Source: Azolla caroliniana (taxonomy: Eukaryota > Plantae > Polypodiophyta). Taken from it: 64,000 nucleotides of DNA. The notes beneath the pieces were generated by a model. It saw only the letters and a program-made list of their open reading frames with translations. It did no database searches and was not told the DNA's origin. This document shows positions 23,001-36,255 of this stretch, piece by piece. The stretch's first letter is position 1. Each line of letters starts with the position of its first letter. A program made the position numbers and the translations under genes. The DNA lies in contig JBHGNT010000015.1 of the NCBI GenBank assembly GCA_043228905.1, positions 5,890,001 through 5,954,000 of the forward strand, in the 5' to 3' direction.

Positions 23001-26000
23001 TTCAGCACTCGCCGAATTCTAATGAGAATGATGATCAACAGTTTATGCAAAATGATGGAACTGGTCAGTTTGTGCAAAGCGAGGGAAGTGGAACGTTTGT
23101 TCCTACTTGCTATATTTGTCGTCAAACTGGTCATTATGCTAATCAGTGTCCTGCTAAAGGAAAAGGACTGGCAATTAATTTGGTTATACCAAAAATACAT
23201 CAAATAACCACTAGAAGCAAAAGTAAACAATCTGAGTAGGAGATTCAGGAAGGAGTCTGAAAAGCAGCCAAGGAATGGGTAGAGGAAGCAAACCAAAATA
23301 ATGTAAACCGGATGCTCCAAGACAATGAAATTAACCAAGCTACCGAATTACCAGGAGCTATTGCTATACTAGAACAAGAGGAAACTTGGAAGATCTTGGC
23401 AGATTGCCAAGTATCACTACCCCTAACCGGATTACTTAAGTTGGTTCCTAGATTTACCGAAAAGGTGGTGACATTGATTACCCAAAATGGGTCAGAACAA
23501 GTATCGGTACACTATAGTCAGCCGAGCACCAGCCCTTCAATCATGGATGAGCAAAATCCATTGATTAAAGTAATAATTCATGGTCAGGAAATCGTAAATG
23601 CGATTGTCGATGGTGGCTCAAGAGTAAATGTCATTAATAAAACCACCTGTGATAGGTTGGGTATTACTAAATGGGAAGCTTGCCCATTTTGGCTAAGAAT
23701 GGCAGATACCAATACGGTACGACCAATTGGCTTACTCCGACAATTAGAGGTGGTGTTGGGTGGTCATAACTTTCTAATATCGACAGTAATACTTCATTGG
23801 GAAGCTCCTAGTGCATATCCCTTGCTATTAGGTCACCCATGGTTAAAGACTGCTAACATCAAGCAGAATTGGAATCATAATCAACTGACATTTAGAAAAA
23901 GCAAAACGAAAATCTGGGTGTCTACACAGAACAAGGTTGCGACAAGCAAACAATGTTTGCTAGTGCATGCTAAGTCCGTCAATATGATGGAAGGATTAGA
24001 CAAGGTCGAAGAAAATCAGTATTTTGATGATAATCCGAAAATCATTCCTTTGTTCGAAGTGGATATTTTACAAGCCTTGACACCATATGTGGATTCCTAG
24101 GAGGAATTGCCAATAGATGAGCAAACAATGAAAGAAATACGACTCCAACAAGAAGCTACTGATAGAGAGATGAAGGTGTCCCAACGAGTTCAAGCTTCAG
24201 CATGGGAGGAGATAAATTTGGCAGAAGAAGATAAGGACAATGAGTTGAAAATAGTACTCATTGCTAAAGATATGATAGAAGCTGACAAACAACGGTTAAC
24301 GGCATTATTAAAGCAATATAAGGATGTCTTGGCATGGTCTTTTGAAAATATGAAGGGACTTGACCCAGCTTTCTATCAACATCAAATCAACCTGCATAAG
24401 GATGCAAAGTCAGTTCAACAACGCAGGTACCAATTAAATCCTAATTATGCTATTAAAGTAAAAGAAGAAATAGATAAACTTTTGAAAGTAGAGTTTATTC
24501 GTCCGGTGAAAAATTCGACATGGTTCAGTCCAATCGTAGTAGTTCCGAAAAAGAATGGCAAGATTCGGGTATGTGTCAACTACCGAAAACTGAATGCGGC
24601 TACCGTTATGGATGCGTTTCCATTACCATTTACGGATGGTATATTGGATGTGGTAGCTGGCCATGAAGTCTATAGTTTCCTAGATGGTTTTCGTGGTTAT
24701 AATTAGGTTCGGATGAATCCGGAAGATCAAGAAAAGACAACTTTTGTTACAGAATGGGGAGTGTTTGTAGCGGTAATAATGATGTTTGGCTTCAAGACCA
24801 CTCCGGCGACATTCCAAAGAGTGATACAGGAAATATTTGGGGATTACATTCCTGCATTTATGCAAGTCTTTTTGGATGATTTTGTTGTTTATAATCGGAA
24901 AACCGAACATTTTGAGCATTTATGACTATATTTGGAGAAATGTCGGATAGATCGGCTTAGTTTAAATCCGGCTAAATGTGCATTCAGGGTCACTAGTGGC
25001 ACATTATTAGGCCATATTGTCAGTCAAGAAGGAATTGCAGTGGGCCCCTACAAGGTAAAAGCCATATCAAAAGCACCGGCACCCACCAATGCTAAAGCTC
25101 TCAGTCGGTTTTTAGGTCAAATTAGATGGCACGGTAGAATGATAAGATATCGTGCGGATATCGCCATTCCCTTACATACAGCAGTGCACAAAGTTCCTTT
25201 TCAGTGGACAAGTGTGGAACAGGATGCATATGATTGTCTCATGAAAATGTTCTCCAAAGTTCTAGTGGTCCAACCACCTGACTGGAATAAGCCATTCCAT
25301 GTATTTGTCGACGCATCAGACATCGCAATCGGAAGTGCATTAATGCAGTTGAACGAACCGTATTGGTACAGGCCAGTGTACTATGCTAGTCGGAAACTCT
25401 AGACAGCAGAGAGAAACTATTCTACAACTGAGAGGGAAGCTTTAGGAATTATCTATAGTGTCAATAAATTTCGACACTATCTTTTGGGGAAAAAGTTTAC
25501 ATTTCATGTTGATCATTTGGCTCTTCTTTATTTGGTCTCAAAACAGGAGTTAACTAGTAAGTTAGCAAGATGGACTCTTCTCCTCCAAGAATTCAAATTC
25601 GACATTTTACATCGGCCAGGAGTACAGCATGCAGTGGTTGATTATCTCAGTTGACTGGAGTTAGGAGAAGAAGGCACAGGTGTCAAAGATGATTTTTCGG
25701 ATGCCCAGCTTTTTCGAGTGGAAGAAGTAAATGCACAGGAGATAAATGAAGAAAGTGAGGATGCTTGGATCTCAGAGATGACAATCTTTCTTACAACAGG
25801 GATACCACCCAAACATCTATCGGTAGAAGAAAGGAAAAGGTTGGCGGTACGGAGTCATAATTTTTGTCTTTTGAACGACACTCTGTATCATAAAGGAGCA
25901 GATGGTATTTGGAGAAGAGCAGTACGACAATTCGAAAAATCGGTCATTCTTCGGGAATCGCACTGTGGAATTGCAGGAGGGCACTATGTTGGACAAATCA

Positions 26001-27285
26001 TAGCCAGAAAAATATGGAACAATGGCTTATGGTGGCCGACAGTGATGAAGGATGCAGTCGAATATTGTTGGAAATGTGATTTATGCCAACGTATGGGACA
26101 ACCGATAGAAAAGGACAGGATGCCTTTTCAACCTGTGTTACCTCTTGAACCTTTCCAGAACTGGGGTTTGGATTTTGTAGGCCCATTCAAACCGGCAGCA
26201 GTAAGAATAGGCAATCATATATTATAGTTGCCACTGACTACTACGTGAAGTGGGTAGAAGCTAAAGCTCTTAGGGATAATACGACAGCTTCAACAGCAAA
26301 TTTTTTGTACGAAAGTATATGGTGTAGATTCGGCTGCCCAATAGAATTAGTGAGCGATCAAGGTACGCATTTCATTAACAAGCTTGTTCATGAATTGTCT
26401 ACATACTATGCAGTGGTTCATAAGAAAAGCACGCCTTACTATCCACAAGCGAATGGATTGGTGGAGTCGACAAACAAAACCCTCCAAACGATACTCAAAA
26501 AGATAGTAAATGAGAACCGTACGAACTGGGATCAATAGTTGCATAGTGCCTTATGGGTCAATCGCACGTCATACAAAACATCTATTAAATCAACACCCTC
26601 CTGACTGACTTTCGGATTGGAGGCAATTATACCAATTGAATTTCAGATTCCGACACTCTTAATACAAGCAACCGAAAAATTAAATGAGCTACAATCGGAG
26701 CAAGTTCAGAAGGAATCTTTATTGCTGTTAGAAGAAGACCGAATACAAGCTATGTCAACTTTAGAGCACAAGCAGAGGCAAACGAAGGCATTTGTAAATC
26801 AACACCGACGAAAAACCAAAACCCAATTCGGAATTGGGAAACCGGTACTTGTTTTTCAGACCAGGATGGGAGCTATGCTAGGTAAACTTCGGTATAGATG
26901 GATAGGCCCAGTTTGGATCGTGAACACTAAAAATGGTATGTATCAACTGGGAACCCTATCAGGTGAGATTTTGCCGAATTGGATCAATGGTTTCCGGCTT
27001 AAGCCATATCATGGAGAAATGCCGGAAAATCCATTCAAGGCTGAATTGGAAGAAAAGTAAAGTGACCACATCACAAAAAAAAAAAAAAAAACTAACTATA
27101 GAAAATCTTCTTGCCAAATCATAACTAACTGTCAAAAAGGGGAATCTTGGAATGATTTAAGAAGGCTATAAGTAAGAACTAGTGGAGGCATTCTTCTATT
27201 AGTCATTATTGCTATTTCTAGCTATTACTCGACTAGTACACCTAGTCATTACTTACATTAATAGTACGTTTATTCCCTAGGCATC

Positions 27286-30200
27286 ATGCAAAGAAGTAAT
27301 TCCTTAATACCTATTTATGTAATGTCTGTTTCACCACAGAAGCAGAAGCGTATTCGTGCTCACAAGTTTTCTGATCTTCTCCGCCATAGCCCACAGCGTT
27401 TTCCACCACCACCACAGAGCAACGATCTGTCAATCGACGACGACAATATGTCGATTACTGTATCTGATGATTTGCGTTGTTGGCTCGTTTGCAATAATTT
27501 GCAAGGATTCTTGAAAGTTGCAGAAGCAGAGCTGCACCCGCACGCTGAAGCTTTGATGGAAGAAATCGATGTCTCTAAGATCACTAATAAGAAGGTAAGA
27601 GCAGCATTGGAGATGCCAAGAGGCGGGTTCGACATTGTCACGAAGGTCACAGAAGAAGGATTGCGTTCCTATTTTGGTGAGTATTCGCCCTCCGCCAAAG
27701 CGTATTAGACACAAGGAGGTAGGGATGTTTTTTTTCATGAAGTTGCAAAGTTTTTATTGGAAGTGTTGGGAGACAGGTCCCTCCGGATGGGAAGGGAGAA
27801 GAATAGTGTTGATGAAGAAACTCGGCCGAGGCCGAAACCGTATGACGAGTACCCGGCTACGGAGAGCCGGATGGTGCAGACCCGATGAGAACCGGATGAG
27901 GAGTACCCACCCGACTACGGAGAGTCGGATGGTGCAGACCCGGTGAGAACCGGATGAGGAGTACCCGGCTACGGAGAGCCGGATGGTGCAGACCCGGTGA
28001 GAAGTGCTCATCGAATGAAGAGACATATTCGTAAATATGTTTCTGAGAGTCCATCATGGCTATATTTGTAAATAGCCGAAAAGTCATATTAGTATAAATA
28101 TGACTTAGGGTAAACTTTTAGCGATTGTTGTCATTCTTGTTGGTGCAAGGAAAGAGAGTGTGTGTAACTGTGTACAGAGAGAGAGAGAGAGAAAGAGGTC
28201 GTTGCCTCTGTTGTAACCGCCGCCTGTGGCGAGGATCGTGAGCACGAGGTCGTTGCCTCCGTGAACTCACTGTTGTACATTCTAACATAGTGATAGTTTG
28301 CAGCCTGTGGGCTGCCGTGGTTTTTCACTTAGTTTGGGTTTTCCACGTAAACATCCTGCGTACTCTTCTCTTCTTCGTGTCGTGCTTTATTTCCCGTTTT
28401 CTGTGTATGATTCTAAGCTCGGTTGTGGCCGAGCGTTGCGTATAGGGAGCGTGCAGTTCCTGTCCAGAAGTAGGGTTTGTTAGTCTGAGATTCTACTGCA
28501 TGCCCAAAAAGAGGGGCGGATTTATCATCGCTGCTTATGAAGGCGAAGCTTTCAATTGGGGGCTATTGTCGGCAAAAGCTCTGAGAGAGCAATTGTACGG
28601 AGTTCGGAAGGGAAAACCAATGAAGCCGATTTTTGCTTGTTGGTTATCAGTATTATTTCCGGCTCTAAAGGCGGAAAACCGATCAAAGGTGCGTAGGCCG
28701 CCTCAGGTACAGTCATCCCGAACCTGACAACATGTCCAACGGGAAGAGTGGAGGGAGGAAGAAACGGCGCAGAACAATACCACTCAAACCGAATTCGACC
28801 AATCAGACCCAAGGCAACAACAAGAATCGGAACAACAACGGTCAACACATTCTCAACAGTCGACACCACAACCCAAACCTAACCAGCAACCGGCTACTGA
28901 ACAGCTGGAGTTTCAACCACCGAGGACGCAACAACGAGAGACGAGAGACGAGCAACAAAGACAACAGCAAGAATCGACACAAGTTGACACAAAGCAGCAA
29001 CCGCCGAAGCAGCGCAAGGTTAAACAATGGTCCCAAAGATATTCTAGACTAGAGCAAGAAGAACCTACGCAGAAGAAACAGAGAATTAACGATCAAGCGT
29101 CCCAAAGCACACAAGTACCTCGTGTCAATCCTGATGACACGTCACGAATTCAAAAAGGGTAGGTATCAACGGCAACAGTGCAAGAGGCACTTGGTTTTTC
29201 CGACATCCCAGCAGCAGCACATGAGCTAGCTGCCATTCTGCAATTCGGAACGTCATATGAAGTGGTAGAATGATTAGCTAAAAGACTCCAAGCAGTGTCG
29301 GAAAGAATGGCGCAAGAGCACCAGGATCAAATAATGATCCAAAAGTCATTATGTGGAGCTGTCGAACCCAATGAACAAGCAGAAGTGGATAGAATTGGTC
29401 GGTAGCGAAATGCTAAAAATAAAGGTGAAGCCATCCAGATGCCACCACTACATGAGGCACTGGTTGAAGTCCACATGGAATATGAAAAGGCTAGCAGAGC
29501 AGCCAAGGATATGGATGAATTATACAAAAGGGCAACATCAGCAATAGATGTGCTTAATGCACAGTATACCTGAAAGTAGGAAGAAAATCAACAGTTGAAG
29601 GATAAACTGCGGGAAGCACAAGTAGCTCTAGAAAAAGTGAGAGAGCAAATATTACAGCTAGAGTCACAAAACCAACCTTTGGAGTCGGATTCAGAACTAC
29701 AACGGAAGTTGGAACAAGCCGAAAAAGAACGAAGAGAAGAGGAAATTAGGGCAGAAAAGGCCAAAGACAGATCTAGAGAAATGGAGGATCGATTACAGTC
29801 AGCAAAAATAGCGGCCGACAAATGCTTAGAGGAAAAAGATAATTTGATACAAGATTTACACCGACAGTTAGCCCAACAACAAGAGGCTACAAGGCAACAA
29901 GTCGAAGAACTGGAAGAGTATGTGAGCAACCAAGAGTCTTGTTTTACAACACAGTGGGCTGGAAGAAACAAACTGATAGAAGAAATCAATGGAAAAATTA
30001 TTCAGCAGTACAACGACTGGAATGCGGAGAAAGAGAAGCTGGAAATGCGATGTGCAGAAGTTCAAACAGTCTCCGAGAAAAGGCGACTTGACCTCTTAGT
30101 GGCACAAGCCAAACTGATGCAGGCCAAAGGCGATACCAATGCGGTAATCATTGATTTGCGACGAACATTGGCAACAACACATTTTGAGGCAAGTATGTCT

Positions 30201-30755
30201 CAGGACAAGGTGCAAGCAATCATAAGATGTCACTGGCTTAACACCCTAAAATTGGTCAATGAATCGCTGGAGAAGGGTTGGCAAACATGGTCGGCGCAAG
30301 CTGCAGAACTTCAGCTATTACGAGCCGACACAAAAGATAGAAAAGTTCAAGGCAAAGGCTTCCTCAAGATGTCGGAGGAAGCAATGACCACAGTTTAGGA
30401 AGATATTGCTAGAGACCTATACAACATGGCGGCTTATTTCAGAGAAGAAGTTAACCGAATCATGCAAGAATTTGACAAGCATGATGTCGATACGTCTGTC
30501 GAGTTAGACAATATCGAAGCCGAAAGAGTAAGCAAAACACCTGGACTCGGGGCACCGGATTCAGCAGATCCAAGACCATTGACCAAAGAAGCACACCAGG
30601 AAAATGATGACGAGGAGGACACCGAAGATGAAGACGAAGACGAGGTCAGCGTGACACCACAGGAAGAGGAACCCTCATTATTCGACATTCTGCAGGACGA
30701 CGCAGATGATGATTTGGAGTTGGAGGAAGATCATCCCTCAGAGCAGCAGGAGTGA
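27286..30755 (+). pseudogene. Extra ORF of gypsy D, 3' of pol (globular domain, Q-rich linker, coiled coil, acidic tail)
   Basis: Fragments 27286-27763 and 28467-30755 read through once the solo LTR is removed (FHEVAKFLLEVGFV...MPKKRGGFIIAAYEGEAFNWGLL). 267-aa coiled-coil fragment 29595-30398. Confidence 0.7.
27764..28466 (+). mobile_element. Solo LTR of the copia F/C family
   Basis: TGTTGGG...CA, similar to the LTRs of F (GGTCCCTCCGGATGGGA, TATAAATATGACTTAGGG, CTCGGTTGTGGCCGAGC). Flanked by a GAAG duplication; no internal domain. Confidence 0.85.
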
Positions 30756-33700
30756 AGGGATTACCGTGGGTTCGCCGGACAACGTCCTGGCCCATGGGTG
30801 TGCCAAGTGTTACCTGGACAAGTATGGATGCGTCGGAGTCGGATCAACAGTTCGGATTGATGACTTAGCAGATAGCCGAATAGGATATAGTTACTTACAA
30901 AGTTTTGTAATTCTTGATAATTATAGGCAGTAGGATTTCTTGATGAGAAAAGACCTTCGGGTTACCTATAAAAGGAACCGAACGCATTGTAAAAATCTAT
31001 CATTGTATTTAGTAATATAGAGTTTAGTTAGGAAACCTCTGTGTACGAATCGCTCTTGCTATCTATTTCCTTCGGTCTAAGCTATATTACATAAGTCACG
31101 ATCTCGGTGTCTGTTATCACCGATAAGTTTACAACTAATTCGTATCTATTCGCCTAACCACAACTTCTTGATAGAACGTTCGTCTTATATTGTGTTAGCA
31201 AAGAAGTAATTCTCGACCGAACAACATGAAACATATCCCACGGAGGTACCACTGGATCTGGGAGAGAGTAGAAGATCAAGAGTTCATGCTGACAAAGATC
31301 CACATGAAGGAGAACATGTCGGATATGCTAACCAAGGTGTTGACAACCGACAAGCTGGACGCATGCCGAAAGCGGATCGGGCTTGCGAGACATCCGACGC
31401 CGAAGTGAAGGGGGAGATTGTTGGCAAATTTGGTCCCTCTGGATGGGATCCGGTGATGAATAAAGAGGACCCGGTGAGAACCGGAAGAGAGAGCCGGTGA
31501 GAACAGGAAGAGAAAACATATCTGTAAATATGTTTTCTAAGTAAGCCTATTGAGGCTATATTTGTAAATAGCCCTAAGCTCATATAAGTATAAATATGAC
31601 TTAGGGCAATCACTAGTTGTGTTGTTGTCATATTGTTGTAACTGTTGTACAATAAGCGAGGGAGAGAGAGAGAGAGAGAGAAAGCGATACTCTGTTGTAA
31701 CCGCCGGGTGGCGAAGATACAGAGCTCGAGGTCGTTGGTTCTAAGTCTTTGTTTGTACCTTTTCCTACATAGTGGTGGTTGGAGTCTGTGGGTTCCCGTG
31801 GTTTTTCCCATTTAGGGTTTTCCACGTAAACATCTTGTGTACTCTCTTCTGTGTGTACTTCTATTCCCATTCCTGTGTTGCATTCTCATCGAAGTGATTC
31901 AAGACTCAGTTGTGGCCGAGCAGTATTCCGTTGTTTCCACACAAACAGTAAGTCGAAGCCATGCATATTCATGGGATGCTTGGAAGATGAGTTCGGCTAT
32001 AGGCTATGGAACCTAGTCGACAAGAAAGTAGTGAGGAGTTCAGGATGTAGTCTTCTTGGAAGACCAGACGATAAATGACTGGAAGCAATAGATGTCGAAA
32101 TCTACTACCCAGTCAACCTCTACTACTGTCGACTTGAGGACAAGTGAACGGACACAGTCGGTTGTTCGGAGACAGCAGGTTGGCACAATTGATTCCAAGT
32201 CGGTCAACTCGGAAAGACCGACCGACTATGAGTCTTAGTCGACAGAGCTGTTAAGAATGATCGAGGAATACGAGTTGGAGTCGTCCAACTTTCAGTAGCC
32301 AATCGACATTTATGAACCCGAGCAAAGAGGAGAGTCGGTAGAGACACCTGAACGAGAGCCAACAATGAGTGGAAGGAGATACCCACTCAAAGAAATGAGA
32401 GCACCGACAACATATGTCAGTCAATACATCCTCTTGACTGATGAAGGTGAGCCAGAGTGCTATGATGAAGCCATTGCCGACGAGCACAGAGAGAAATCGT
32501 TGAACACTATGCAAGATGACATGGACTCCTTGCACGAAATCTACACCTACGACTTGTTAGAATTACCGAAAGGTAAGAGAGCCCTCAAAAACAAATGGGT
32601 CTACAAGGTGAAGACTTGAGAGGTCGACAATGCGCCTAGGTATAAAGCCTAGATTGTGGTGAAGGGTTTCCAATAGAAAAAGGGTGTCAACTTTGACGAT
32701 ATTCGTTCCAGTCGTGAAGATGACATCCATTAGAACTATTCTGAGCATAACTGCCATCATGGATCTGGAGATCGAACAGTTGGATGTCAAGACAACATTC
32801 TTGCATGGGGAGCTGGATGAAGAAATTTAGATGCAGTAGCCTGAAGCCTCTGTGGAGAAAGGGAAAGAGAATCTGGTGTGTCGACTAAAGAAAAGTGTGT
32901 ATTGGTTGAAACAAGCTCCACACCAATGATACAAGAAGTCTGAATCCTTTGTGGTGGAACATGGGTTCCAGAAAACACAGGTTGATCACTATGTGTTTGT
33001 CAAAAGGTACGAAGAAGGTGACTTCTTGATTCTCTTGTTATATGTAGATGACATGTTGATAGTCGGTCAAGATACAAGGAAGATCGGAACCTTGAAGAAA
33101 GCTTTAGGCAAATCATTTGCCATGAAAGATCTTGGACCGGCTAAACAGATCTTAGGGATGCACATAGTTCGGGACATAACTAAGAAAGTGGTGTGGTTGT
33201 CACAAGATAAATACGTGATGAAGATCCTGGAAAGATTCAACATGTCGGAAGCAAAGCCGGTTGGCTCAGTGCTGCCGACTAACTGCAAGTTAAATTCAAA
33301 GCAATGGCCGAGAGGGGAGAAAGAAAAGGTTGAAATGAGGAAAGCACTATATGCCTCAGTCGTCGGCAGTTTAATGTATGCTACAATCTGCACGAGACCA
33401 GACATAGCATTTGTTGTGGGAACAGTAAGCTGATACATGAGTAATGCATGAGGAGAACACTAGGCAGCGGTGAAGTCGATACTCAGGTACTTGAAAGGCA
33501 CCTTGAGAGTATGCATTAGGTATGGTGTTGGAAAACCCATGCTCGAAGGGTTTACCAACTCAAACATGTCAGGGGATGCAAACTCAAACCGATCCACGTA
33601 AGGGTACGTAATGACCTGTGTAGGGGGAGCAGTCACAACTGCAGAAGTCTATGGCCTTGTTGACCACAGAGGCAGAGTATATGGTAGCGGTAGAGGCTGG

Positions 33701-34550
33701 CAAGGAGCTGATTTAGATGAGAAACTTTCTCAGTGAGTTGGGGATGAAGCAAAGGGATTTCTTGCTTCGTTGTGACAACTAGAGTGTCATACATATAGTC
33801 AAGAATGATGCATACAACTCCTGGACCAAGCACATATAGAGAAGGTATCACTGGTTGCGAGAGAAAGTCAAAGCAGGAGAGTTTACCCTCGTGAAGATCC
33901 ATACTGATGACAATGGATCTAACATGCTAACAAAGAACCTACCGATGAACCGACTTAGAGTCTGTCAACAAAGGACAGGAATAACGGACTCCACCCCACA
34001 GGAGTGAAGGGGGAGTTTGTTAGGAATATGTCCCTCCAGTGGGAGGAGCCGACAGTTCATAGAGAGCCGACATCCAAAGACAGGGAGCAACCGACTGATC
34101 GGATGAGTTGGTTGATTAGTAAGCCTATTATTAATATTAGATAATAATCGAAATGACAATAACAGTGGCTACATTTGTAAATAGCCCATACAGGGCATAA
34201 GTATAAATACACTTAGGGCATAATGTGGTTGTGAGAACAATTATTGATCCTCTATTGGAGCGAGCGATAGAGAAGTGTGAGAACGGGAGGAGAGCGAGCG
34301 AGCAGCGCCATAACTGTGTTCTATAACAGCATACGCCAAGAGCCCTGTGTGGCTGATACACTCGGTGTAGAGAGTGTTGTATTCTAATCTCGTCATTGTA
34401 TATCCACTATATAGTGAAGCTCCGTTCTCCGTGTTTTTCTCCCGTTTTAGGGTTTCCACGTAAAATCTGTGTACACTGTTTTCTTTTGTTTCCTAATTGT
34501 GTATTTCAGCATATTCCTTTTCTTGTGGATTGACGATTAATTTCTCTACA

Positions 34551-34700
34551 GATACTTGGTATCGAGTTGGGGTCTAAAAGGGGAGCAACTCGATACCAAG
34601 TATTGAGTTGGGGTCTAAAGGGGGAGAAACTCGATACCAAGTATCGAGTTAGGCTCCACATATGTGAGAAACTTGAAACCAAGTATCGAGTTTCTCACAT
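34551..34700. repeat. Array of short palindromes (ACTCGATAC-CAA-GTATCGAGT units)
   Basis: About 4 imperfect hairpin units with GGGGTCTAAAGGGG-type spacers; the last forms TGTGAGAAACT...AGTTTCTCACA. Confidence 0.75.
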
Positions 34701-34959
34701 TGCCATACAGGGAGAATGATATGAATGAGAAGGTGTCCATACAGATTAGGGTTTCGTACCTAGATTCCAATCGGGACATCTTCTTGGAAGACATGGTCGT
34801 GAAGTGTCTGGTGTGTCTTCTGTGTGGTTGTTGCGGTGGTGGTCACTGTGGCGGTGATGCTCTCCTCTCTCGTTTGTTGGTTACGCTCGTGGATTGTCAC
34901 GCTCATGGGTTGTACGCTCTCCTCTCTTGCTCGTTGGTTTGACCCCGGTTTGACAACTC

Positions 34960-36247
34960 TAAATCGAAGTACCGACTCTGATCCCGATCTACTGCGACAA
35001 CATTTGTAGCATGTCGTTGGCCAAGAACCTTGTGTTCCATGCTCGGACGAAGCACATAGAAGTGCATTATCACTTTGTGCATGAGCGGGTCTTGAACGGT
35101 GAAGTTGAACTCCGGTATGTTCGGATGGATCGGCAAGTTGCCGACAATTTCACCAAGGCAATCGGAACTAACAACTTGTAGCACTTTTCAGAGATGCTTG
35201 GTCTTCAGCATCTCGATGTGCCACACTTGAGGGGGAGAAAGGAAAAGGAGGAAACCGAAACGAAAATCAAGAAAATAGGCAAACGGACTAGAAAATCAGC
35301 CGGAGAAAAGGAAACAACCAAAATAGGGGGAGACAAGAAGAAAAAGGGAGATGAGTCGACTAAAGAAGTCAGCACATCCGAAAGAGTCCGAATAAGCGGC
35401 GATGGCGGTAGAGTGAAGAGGGAGAGAGCCGACCGGAAGAAGAAGGCCAAGACCTGGCCATGGTCTGATGTGGTGAAGGGCCTGAAGATTGAGGATAAAT
35501 TGGAGACAGCCAATTCGGGCAAGAGCTGGAATGAATCGGAGGCGTCCGATTCGGAAGAAGTGTTTGATTGGGAGGAGTCGAATCAACTCAAGGTCAAGCG
35601 GACAAGAAGGTGGCACAAGTCGACCAACACGGAGGAACTGACGTGTCGGGAAACACCAAAGTCACAGTTGCGAAAGAGCTAAGAGGGGCCTTATGAACAG
35701 ACAAGCCGACCGGGAAGGTCGAGGAGCGTAGAACCGGATGGGTCATGGGAAGCGGAACCGAACGGGTTGAGCATGAGCAAGGCAGGAAGACACCAAGAGG
35801 AGCCAGAGGAAATGACCGGTAGACACTGTCACCACGATTCGACCTCAAGTTGAGCTTGACGAGGAGTGTTGAGCAGAAAAGCTCAACTAGATCCAGGTTG
35901 GCTGAATAAGCCGGAGCCGGATCAAATTGTAACCGATAGGCCGTTAGAGGCCTACAGTCCAAGCCTAGTACATAGGCATAGTTCTTGGAGTTAGTGACAG
36001 TCGCTTGTACTATGAGCATTGAAGTACATGTCAATACTTTTGTCAGTCATTTTAAGGACTTGTAAAAAGTGCTCACTGAGCACATTGTATGTACAAAGTA
36101 TTATTTTTGAGATTGATTTTATGTTGTTCTGCTTTCTCTGTCTCTCCAGTGTACATTGTATGTTCCAAGCTCTCCATTAAACCTGTGTTTGTTTTCTGTT
36201 GCTATCCGGTGAAGCCGGTTCTGTTTACAAGCTTCCTCACATTATCA
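34960..36247 (+). mobile_element. 5'-truncated copia family E (copy 2): RNase H end, C-terminal extension, 3' LTR
   Basis: YCDN...FHARTKHIEVHYHFV...QVADNFTK; ORF 35194-35682; LTR starts TGTTGAG at 35867. Left boundary approximate. Confidence 0.8.
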
Positions 36248-36255
36248 ATTTGTAG

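Larger units (their letters stand above)
21220..31226 (+). mobile_element. Degenerate Ty3/gypsy retrotransposon D with an extra 3' ORF
   Basis: LTRs 21220-21706 and 30808-31226 (TGTTACC...ACAACA). TSD CGAAA/TGAAA. gag, protease (IVDGGS), RT (VFLDDF), RNase H (VDASD) and integrase (WGLDFVGP, SDQGTHF) fragments 21772-27060 in gypsy order. Confidence 0.92.
16751..31943 (+). mobile_element. Degenerate copia C (same family as F), interrupted by gypsy D
   Basis: LTRs 16751-17304 and 31419-31943. PBS TGGTATTAGAGC at about 17308. gag-pol fragments 17334-21219 resume at 31227 (HSWT|KHIPRRYHWI). Degenerate TSD TATAG/AACAG. Confidence 0.88.
3198..34550 (+). mobile_element. Degenerate copia B, host of the nested cluster (fragments 3198-3482, 15929-16750, 31944-34550)
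   Basis: Protease region at 3198-3482 rejoins in frame with 15933 onward (NGKSKFY*GNLTVARAQKEGTLYM). Integrase to 16750 rejoins at 31944 (SKSKPCIFMG). RT/RNase H to about 34007, PPT, then 3' LTR 34018-34550 (TG...CA). Many stops. Confidence 0.85.

Noticed and set aside
34551-34700. CRISPR-like array
   Set aside because: Spacers are short and similar to each other, there are no cas genes, and the context is eukaryotic.
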